Shown one piece after another: positions 54,677 through 64,000 of a stretch of DNA of 64,000 bases. Source of the DNA: Eledone cirrhosa (Eukaryota); the NCBI GenBank assembly GCA_964016885.1, contig OZ024741.1:288424001-288488000 (forward strand), read 5' to 3'. A program made the position numbers and the translations under genes. The notes below the pieces were generated by a model. That model did not search any database. It was not told the origin of the DNA and saw only the letters and a list, made by a program, of their open reading frames with translations. The first letter of the stretch is position 1, and each line of letters opens with the position of its first letter.

Positions 54677-55068
54677 CCTTGTCTGGCTTTCTGGAGAATA
54701 GGGGGAAGGTGTTCCCCCGAAAAACCAGTATGACTCTAAAAACCGGTTTGTCTGTGTGTTTACATACAGAATAGCTGGGCTGCTCACTGTAAAGCGACCA
54801 GTGAAAGACTTGGTACACCTACATATGTATACGTGTGTGTATTCATATACACACTAGTATTTCAGTATGCATATGTAGATGTACATTTTTAACTTAATTG
54901 TTTAAGCGTTAGTCATACAAAAGTGAGTTACAAACGAAACGAAATTTAATTTCGTTTCGTTATTTGTTTTTATATATATATATATATATATATATGAACT
55001 CCGGCCGTTTTGTTCGGATGTAGCTGTCGAAACGGCCGGAGCTCAGTCGTCGGGGTCTTGGCTCTTCT

Positions 55069-55123
<55 letters not shown>

Positions 55124-55475
55124 ATAATAATAAAATTGAAGACTAAAATCCAAAGAGGGCTCGATAAGGAAAATATATATCAAATATATAAGAACCGTAG
55201 AGGAAATATCCAGTTCTGCGTTTACAGATTGACTTTGTTAGTTTCAGAAGATCCCGTTAAGGGTGAAAGCAGCGATTCTTTGCTTAAACTTTAATCTGTT
55301 ATTTTAATAAATATATATATATATATAATATAGAAAAGGCTTCTACGGGGCTTTCATTCGGGAGAAATGAAATTCTTAAGTCCTGTAGAAGCCTTTTCTA
55401 TATTAAATATTTATACTCTGCTTTGTATTGAGTACTTTACTTACTGTGGTTACCCCCGATTGAACCCTGGATAAA

Positions 55476-55637
<162 letters not shown>

Positions 55638-56247
55638 TATATATATGTATGCACACATAGAAAAATATACATATATATAGATACGTAGGAAAAACATATA
55701 CAGGCTTTCACATATAAATTTCCACACATACATACGTAAACACATACTTTCAAACAATATGTCTTCCTTTATCTTCGTCTATCTCTTAACTAATACTCTC
55801 ATTTCTCTTGATCTCTAATAGACAGTAGCTTATACTGTCGATCACCATTACTATCACCATCTCCCCCTCCGCCTACTCATCCTTTTCGTCCATCCCCACG
55901 CCCTCCTCTTAACCCCTCTTCCGCTTTCTCCCCTTCCACTTCCTCTTCATCAATCATCATCGACTCTATCATTATCGTCTACACGTTTCCCAAAGTATCT
56001 CCAATACTCTAGAACCCCATCATAACCACCCCCATACACCTATACACAAGCATACGCTCACATACATCTACACACACACACTCACACACACATGTACACA
56101 CACATGCACACACACACATACACACACACACAAGCATACGCTCACACACACCTACACACACATGTGTATATATACATACTTTTCTTAAAATCACTCTTGG
56201 TTTGTAGGTGATCCACGATCACCTTCACTTCTGTCGGCCACGTCTAG

Positions 56248-56394
<147 letters not shown>

Positions 56395-56730
56395 ACAGGG
56401 AGAAAGAGACGATTATGAGGAAGAAAAATATATTTTTTTCCTTTTTTGTTTCTCTCTCTCTTTTTTCTGGGTTAGAAAATGATTAAAACGAAATGTTTTA
56501 CTTTGTGTGAAGTGTTAAGGTATTAGTTGATTTATTTATTATTTAACAATGGCATTTATTTATCTATTTATCTATTTAATTATTGTCTATTACCGGTTTC
56601 TGCATTTATGTGCATTATCAAATGATAGTGAAATGTATTAGTGCGGTGTCGCACATGCTAAACAGAAGGTGCAGAAAGAATAATGTTATATACAAACAAG
56701 GTTTAAGAAGAGAAAAGTAAAAAGAAAAAG

Positions 56731-56773
<43 letters not shown>

Positions 56774-56905
56774 TATTGAAGTTTCCGTTGAAAAATGTAA
56801 AAGTCATAGGAGTGAAGAGTGCTCTATGTAAGTACCAGAGCAAAATTTAATGTATAATAAACAATACAATACAATAAAATAACAATATTGTATTGTTTAT
56901 TATAC

Positions 56906-56959
<54 letters not shown>

Positions 56960-56962
<3 letters not shown>

Positions 56963-57700
56963 TTGGGGAGGGTCATATTTGTGTAATATTGCCAGAATTA
57001 ATAACAGAACACACTCAATGTTTGGTTGGTTTTCGCTTTTCGCTTCTGTGTCTTTTGTATCGGTTAATTTAATTTATTCGGTCCTCAATGTTGCCATTGA
57101 CTGACCAACGGTCAAAAATACAGATACAATATAGACACAAACACATATATATAGTCTATCAAAGTTCTTTCGTTGCAGAAACATCGTCAGTGGTGCTATT
57201 GTTTCCTCCCGTTGCATTGTATGTTTAGACCATTTTTATTTAGTCTGTTTATATATTTATTTATTTATTTTTTTTTTTATCTTCTTTGCGCATGCGTTTG
57301 CGTGTGTGTATAGTGTTTTGTTTGATGTGTGTTCGTGTTTGGGTGACTGTGTATTGGTTAATGTATTCTAAAAAAAAACAAAACAAATAAATAAATAAAT
57401 ATATAAACAGACTAAATAAAGATGGCGTAGACATACAATGCAACGGGAGGAAACAATAGCACCACTGACGATGTTGCAGATGTGCAACGAAAGAACTTTG
57501 ATAGACTATATATATGTGTTTGTGTCTATATTGTATCTGTATTTTTGACCGTTGGTCAGTCAATGGCAACATTGAGGACCGAATAAATTAAATTAACCGA
57601 TATAAAAGACACAGAAGCGAAAAGTGAAAACCAACCAAACATTGAGTGTGTTCTGTTATTAATTCTGGCAATATTACACAAATATGACCCTCCCCAAGTA
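56960..57700. mobile_element. Large inverted repeat (arms of about 310 bp) with a hammerhead-like motif
   Basis: 56960-57270 is the reverse complement of 57384-57700; CUGACGA-U-GUUGCA GAUG UGCAAC-GAAA-GAAC-UU at 57465-57498. Confidence 0.8.
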
Positions 57701-57763
57701 TAACAATATTTGTTTCGACACACGATTTCATATCAAAAACCTCGCAAAACTAATTCATCGCCG

Positions 57764-57800
<37 letters not shown>

Positions 57801-57804
<4 letters not shown>

Positions 57805-57994
57805 AAAAGGTTATACCCCGACGGCAGAGCTCAGGCCGTTTCGACGGCTATTTTCTGGACGCAGAAATAGCCGTTGAAACGGTTTGAGTTCTGCCGTCGG
57901 GGTATAACCTTTTCCTATTACCCACTCTACTACCCTAAGGATTGAGTACTCTGGTGCGTTATGGTCCATCTGGTTCCTTACCACACCTCCTTCG

Positions 57995-57996
<2 letters not shown>
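57801..57996. mobile_element. Solo palindromic pLTR piece of the 15378 Penelope family
   Basis: Hairpin 57801-57918 followed by sequence matching 15501-15545. Confidence 0.8.
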
Positions 57997-58064
<68 letters not shown>

Positions 58065-58121
58065 AAATAGTGTATCGACTGAATACAATATATGCAATCT
58101 GAGTTTTTCGAATATTAATAA

Positions 58122-58307
58122 TTGTTTCTACTTTTGGCACAAGGCCAGCAATTACCCAGTACATTACTGGTACTTTATTTTATCGACCCCGTAAGGATGA
58201 AAGGCAAAGTCAACCTCGGCGGGATTTGAACTCAGATTGTAAAGGGACGTAACTATGCTGGAAAGCATGGCGTCCGACTCTCTACCGATACTCCCAATCC
58301 ACCGCCC
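58122..58307 (-). mobile_element. tRNA-derived SINE, main family
   Basis: Head, B-box, core and tail as in 9300-9519; TTTTTCGAATATTAATAAT repeated at both flanks (candidate target-site duplication). Confidence 0.88.
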
Positions 58308-58425
58308 TTTTTCGAATATTAATAATAATATTCGATTCGTTTATAATTATGCTAACAGCTTCTTTAAGCCACATTAGCAGAATGACCCCATCATTGTTGC
58401 TCTTGTTTTGGCATATAAACATAGA

Positions 58426-58538
<113 letters not shown>

Positions 58539-58584
58539 TTAATTCCAAATATTAACAAAATAGATATTCTTGTGATCAATAACA

Positions 58585-58647
58585 TTTTATTATACATATT
58601 TCAGAGGTACTGAATTAAGTTCAACAGTACGTCCTCATCAGATAAAA
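58585..58647 (-). ncRNA. Type I hammerhead ribozyme, family B
   Basis: UUUUAU-CUGAUGA-GGACGUACUG...CAGUACCUCU-GAAA-UAUGUA-UA-AUAAAA. Confidence 0.75.
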
Positions 58648-58804
58648 TAAAATGATACATGACATACCCTGACATGGTAGATGGTTAAGATTTAATATTA
58701 ATAACTCTGGAAAAATATTACTGTAGAGTGCTTCCAATCTATTGTAAAACTCATTCTTTGATGTACTCATTAAATCTTGTTTAACTCTTAAATATCTATC
58801 TATC

Positions 58805-58918
<114 letters not shown>

Positions 58919-59122
58919 TTGAAATGCATTAATGAGATACTGGGACAGATCCAATTCAAGAATTGTATATGAATCGATGGCAGCCAATGATGTTGACTTG
59001 TTCTTATTTTTATATACCTGGTTCAGTTCAAGGTCTTGCTTTACTTAAAAAAGATTCTTGCACCTTGCAAAGGCATACTTTGACCTAAACATACTTTATG
59101 TATGTATGTAAGTAGCATGTAC

Positions 59123-59199
<77 letters not shown>

Positions 59200-59389
59200 T
59201 GTGTGTGTGTCAGTGTGTACGTATGTATATAGAAACATGGGGAGAAAATGTCCAAGCGGTGCACTAGATCTAAGCTTTGGTAAGCGCCTACACAAGGAAA
59301 GAATGATATATATATATATATAGGAGTTCCAAACACTCACACAAATATTTAAAGTATCATCAAACTTTGATAGCTTTGATAGGTTTCGG

Positions 59390-60490
59390 CCAGTATTGGC
59401 CCAGGTCATGTCTAACTTAATAGCACCACCTGGTGAAGTCTTTCAAATCAGGATTTGAACACCAAGGTCCACTCAAGTAGAGCTTTATTATTTATTTACG
59501 GAGACATATCTGGGATTTCTTGAAGGAATTTGTCTAGAGACTTCTTGAACTTTATGGGGTCTGTTTCCGTTTTAATGTGTTTTGGTGTAATGTTAAAGAG
59601 AGTGGGACCAATTGAGGTGAAATAATTGTGCCGTATTGTTGTTATGAGATGCGAGTGAGATTTTTGTAGTGGGCGGATAGCACGAGGCCCAAGCCTTGCG
59701 TGTACCTTAAAGGTGATGCCAACATCATTTGGTCAATGCTGATGGAATATTTTCCACATCATACAGATAATGTAGCGCTCACGGCTACTTTGGAGAGAAT
59801 GAAGGTTAAGCTTTTCTAGTCGACTCCAATAGTCAAGGCCTGTCATGCCAACTATCTTTTTTTGTAATTGACCTTTGGGGTGCTTCAACTTTCATGATAC
59901 TTTGTTTCGTGTGGGGTGACCACAGTGGACAACAGTATTCAAGGTGAGGTCGGGAAAAAGTGGAGAAGCGAAGGACAACAGTGTGGATATCTCTCGACTG
60001 GAAGGTTCTGAGAATCCAGGAACACATTCTGCGGGCCATGTCAACTTTGTTTTTTATATGAGTGGCCCAGCTTATGTTGTTGTCCACAATTACTCCCAGG
60101 TCTCAGATGTTGTTGGATGCCACGAAAGTTTCACCTGAAGGAAGAGAGTATAGGAGTTTCAGGGCATCCTCTTTTCCAAAGTGGATTAACTCAAATTTAT
60201 CCTCGTTCAGCAGCATAGTGTTTTTTCCCGACCATTGGATAACAGTAGGTCTGACTGAAGGTATGTCCGGTCACCCACTTCATTGATGACCTTCTGGAGT
60301 TTGGAATCATCTGCAAAGATTCTTATGTTGCTGTGCTTGATGATGTCAGTAATGTCATTAATGTAGATGATGAAAAAAAGTGGGCCCAACACAGTGCCAC
60401 TGGTGACTTTGGCTGGGCTTGATTTTATTCCTTCGTCTACAACATGTTGAGCTCTGTCTGTCAGGAAACACTTGATCCACTGTAGTAACA
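59390..60490 (-). mobile_element. CR1-group LINE RT/3' fragment
   Basis: [50 protein letters not shown]; frameshifted. Confidence 0.85.
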
Positions 60491-60580
60491 TAGACCTGTT
60501 TAACAATGCTGCTCCACACTGCAATAAAGTTCTAATGAAAAGTGGTTTTGAAAACTATGGTGAAATACATCAATTAATCC

Positions 60581-60639
<59 letters not shown>

Positions 60640-60654
60640 CATATGTGTTTATAC

Positions 60655-60760
<106 letters not shown>

Positions 60761-60828
60761 CAAGGTTTAGTAAATAATGAAAAAGTTTCAAAATAAATTT
60801 TAAAAAATTGACTTTACCTACTATAGTT

Positions 60829-60912
60829 ACCTTTACCGATCGGTTTCGAATCCCAAAAATAAAACGGAGACCATACGGCCTTCGTTGCAAAGAAAGATTC
60901 TCGTCAGAAGGT
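60829..60912 (-). ncRNA. Type I hammerhead ribozyme, family D (unit 1)
   Basis: ACCUU-CUGACGA-GAAUC...GAUUC-GAAA-CCGAUCGG-UA^AAGGU. Confidence 0.88.
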
Positions 60913-61311
60913 TCTTTTCATTCAAAGAATATAAAATTCCTGAATTTAAATCACAAACTAGCGCTATCAAAAACTGTTCCTGGGATGAGAGTGGATGATG
61001 TAGAACAGGTTTATCAAGGGCCGTAGCAAAGATAGAGGCAAAAGGAGGTAGGTCAAACTAGCCACCACTATTGCTAGCAGCAGTCGGAATGACCCGGTTT
61101 GTTCTCAACGTTAGTGGAGGTAGTAGTAATATGAAATACGTCCCTTCACGCACAAGGCGCCAAGGTACGCATGTATTGTCCAACCAAGTGCCAATGTGGT
61201 TCAATGGCGGGTTAATAAATTAACGAGCCAGAACAAATATAAACAAGGTTTAGTAAATAATGAAAAAGTTTCAAAATAAATTTTAAAAAATTGACTTTAC
61301 CTACTATAGTT

Positions 61312-61395
61312 ACCTTTACCGATCGGTTTCGAATCCCAAAAATAAAACGGAGACCATACGGCCTTCGTTGCAAAGAAAGATTCTCGTCAGAAGGT
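61312..61395 (-). ncRNA. Type I hammerhead ribozyme, family D (unit 2)
   Basis: Identical to unit 1. Confidence 0.88.
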
Positions 61396-61794
61396 TCTTT
61401 TCATTCAAAGAATATAAAATTCCTGAATTTAAATCACAAACTAGCGCTATCAAAAACTGTTCCTGGGATGAGAGTGGATGATGTAGAACAGGTTTATCAA
61501 GGGCCGTAGCAAAGATAGAGGCAAAAGGAGGTAGGTCAAACTAGCCACCACTATTGCTAGCAGCAGTCGGAATGACCCGGTTTGTTCTCAACGTTAGTGG
61601 AGGTAGTAGTAATATGAAATACGTCCCTTCACGCACAAGGCGCCAAGGTACGCATGTATTGTCCAACCAAGTGCCAATGTGGTTCAATGGCGGGTTAATA
61701 AATTAACGAGCCAGAACAAATATAAACAAGGTTTAGTAAATAATGAAAAAGTTTCAAAATAAATTTTAAAAAATTGACTTTACCTACTATAGTT

Positions 61795-61878
61795 ACCTTT
61801 ACCGATCGGTTTCGAATCCCAAAAATAAAACGGAGACCATACGGCCTTCGTTGCAAAGAAAGATTCTCGTCAGAAGGT
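61795..61878 (-). ncRNA. Type I hammerhead ribozyme, family D (unit 3)
   Basis: Identical to unit 1. Confidence 0.88.
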
Positions 61879-62277
61879 TCTTTTCATTCAAAGAATATAA
61901 AATTCCTGAATTTAAATCACAAACTAGCGCTATCAAAAACTGTTCCTGGGATGAGAGTGGATGATGTAGAACAGGTTTATCAAGGGCCGTAGCAAAGATA
62001 GAGGCAAAAGGAGGTAGGTCAAACTAGCCACCGCTATTGCTAGCAGCAATCGGAATGACCCGGTTTGTTCTCAACGTTGGTGGAGGTAGTAGTAATATGA
62101 AATACGTCCCTTCACGCACAAGGCGCCAAGGTACGCATGTATTGTCCAACTAAGTGCCAATGTGGTTCAATGGCGGGTTAATAAATTAACGAGCCAGAAC
62201 AAATATAAACAAGGTTTAGTAAATAATGAAAAAGTTTCAAAATAAATTTTAAAAAATTGACTTTACCTACTATAGTT

Positions 62278-62361
62278 ACCTTTACCGATCGGTTTCGAAT
62301 CCCAAAAATAAAACGGAGACCATACGGCCTTCGTTGCAAAGAAAGATTCTCGTCAGAAGGT
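62278..62361 (-). ncRNA. Type I hammerhead ribozyme, family D (unit 4)
   Basis: Identical to unit 1. Confidence 0.88.
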
Positions 62362-63049
62362 TCTTTTCATTCAAAGAATATAAAATTCCTGAATTTAAAT
62401 CACAAACTAGCGCTATCAAAAACTGTTCCTGGGATGAGAGTGGATGATGTAGAACAGGTTTATCAAGGGCCGTAGCACACACACACTCACACTCACACAC
62501 ACACATACACACACTCACGCTCACACACACTCACATACACACATATGAGTGTGTGTGAGTGTGAGTCTGTGTATGTGTGTGTGTGTGTGTGTTCAAGAAA
62601 CGTGTGACTAATCACCAGGTATATTCAAGCTATTTTCAACGCTCCTACGACCAGTCTTCTTAAAATGGTGCTGCCAAAGTTATATCGACATCGATTAGTT
62701 GTACAGAGGTAGGAGAGGGTTGAGGTTCTGGTGTATGGGGGATAAGTGGGAGGTTGTAATGACTGTGATAGGATTTAAAAACATGGATCGGCGATATGAG
62801 TGGCTGCAATGGTTGCGGTGAGAGGTAAAGAGGCGGTATGGTAGTAGTAGTAAGTTCAAGGATGAAGTAACACATCCCCCTCCTCCCTCCCATTTCTCTC
62901 TTTAGTCTCTCTCTTTCTTTCCTTCTTTCTTTTCTTTCTCCTTTTCACTCTCCATTTCCCTTCTCTCCCCCTCTCTCTACTTCTCACTCTGTCTGTCTGA
63001 CCCGTAAATGCCTGTGGAGTTGGTAATGCTGCTGATGTTGGTTATAATA

Positions 63050-63730
63050 GTGGTGGTGTTAGTGGTGGTGGAGACGATGATGGTGGTGTTAGTGGTGGTG
63101 CTGTTGGTAGTGGTGGGGAAGATGATAGCGGTGTTAGTGGTGGTGGTGGTGGTGTTAGTGGTGGTGGAGAAGATGATGGTGGTGTTAGTGGTGGTGCTGT
63201 TGGTAGTGGTGGGGAAGATGATAGCGGTGTTAGTGGTGGTGGTGGTGGTGTTATTGGTGGTGGAGACGATGATGGTGGTGTTAGTGGTGGTGCTGTTGGT
63301 AGTGGTGGGGAAGATGATAGCGGTGTTAGTGGTGGTGGTGGTGGTGTTAGTGGTGGTGGAGACGATGATGGTGGTGTTAGTGGTGGTGCTGTTGGTAGTG
63401 GTGGGGAAGATGATAGCGGTGTTAGTGGTGGTGGTGGTGGTGTTAGTGGTGGTGGAGAAGATGATGGTGGTGTTAGTGGTGGTGCTGTTGGTAGTGGTGG
63501 GGAAGATGATAGCGGTGTTAGTGGTGGTGGTGGTGGTGTTATTGGTGGTGGAGACGATGATGGTGGTGTTAGTGGTGGTGCTGTTGGTAGTGGTGGGGAA
63601 GATGATAGCGGTGTTAGTGGTGGTGGTGGTGTTAGTGGTGGTGGAGAAGATGATGGTGGTGTTAGTGGTGGTGCTGTTGGTGTGGTGGGGAAGATGATAG
63701 CGGTGTTAGTGGTGGTGGAGAAGATGATGG
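63050..63730. repeat. 96-bp GGT-rich minisatellite (about 7 units), continuing as degenerate (GGT)n to the window end
   Basis: GAGA(C/A)GATGA recurs at 63071, 63167, 63263, 63359, 63455 and 63551. Confidence 0.9.
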
Positions 63731-64000
63731 TGGTGGTGCTAGTAGTGGTGGAGAGGATGGTGGTGGTGTTAGTAGTGGTGGTGGTGGTGGAGGGGTAGTT
63801 GTGAGGGAAATGATGATGGTGGTGTTAGTGGTGTTGATGGAAGTGGACATAATGTTGGTGGTGGTGATAGTGGTGGTGGAAGTATTGGTGGTGGAGGTGG
63901 TGGTGATGTCCGAGATGGTGATGTTTGTGGTGGAGGAGGTGATGGTGGTGGTGATGCTGATGGTGTTGATGGTGGTGATGGTATCGGTGTTGGTGTTGTC

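Noticed and set aside
54014-54787. Pair of 62-aa ORFs on opposite strands
   Set aside because: By-product of the palindrome; GTG start and no motif
55240-55282. CAGAAGA-TCCC GTTAA GGGT-GAAA possible hammerhead
   Set aside because: Core mismatch and no clear stem III or cleavage triplet; at best a decayed relic
60808-62475. Four identical 72-aa ORFs (MTLPTIVTF...)
   Set aside because: TTG start, no recognisable domain and antisense to the hammerhead; identity simply follows from the tandem repeat
63008-63697. 229-aa Val-rich repetitive ORF
   Set aside because: Translation of the 96-bp minisatellite

Overview
Repeat-saturated eukaryotic non-coding DNA, probably cephalopod/octopus (inferred from the SINE families and extreme microsatellite load). 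I recognise no host protein-coding exon, and most ORFs in the track are microsatellite artefacts. The real coding content is all transposon: Tx1/L1-clade LINEs (one with an intact 1139-aa ORF2), Dong/R4-type REL-endonuclease LINE fragments, RTE and CR1-type LINE fragments, a disrupted Penelope-like element (RT + GIY-YIG), two mariner relics, MITEs and many tRNA-derived SINEs. The best signal lies outside the ORF track. A near-identical 483-bp tandem array (60759-62477) carries a complete type I hammerhead ribozyme in every unit, a retrozyme/circRNA-like layout. At least three other unrelated hammerhead families sit in palindromic islands between (TA)n tracts, and many islands share a short ACTC...GAGT(G/A)CT hairpin. 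A 15-kb block (22.7-37.5 kb) is a strictly alternating, tail-to-tail array of Dong/R4 (+) and Tx1 (-) elements, each junction being a (TAA)n tract. The main SINE family shares its 3' terminus with these Tx1 LINEs. All family calls come from motif recognition by eye; no database search was run.
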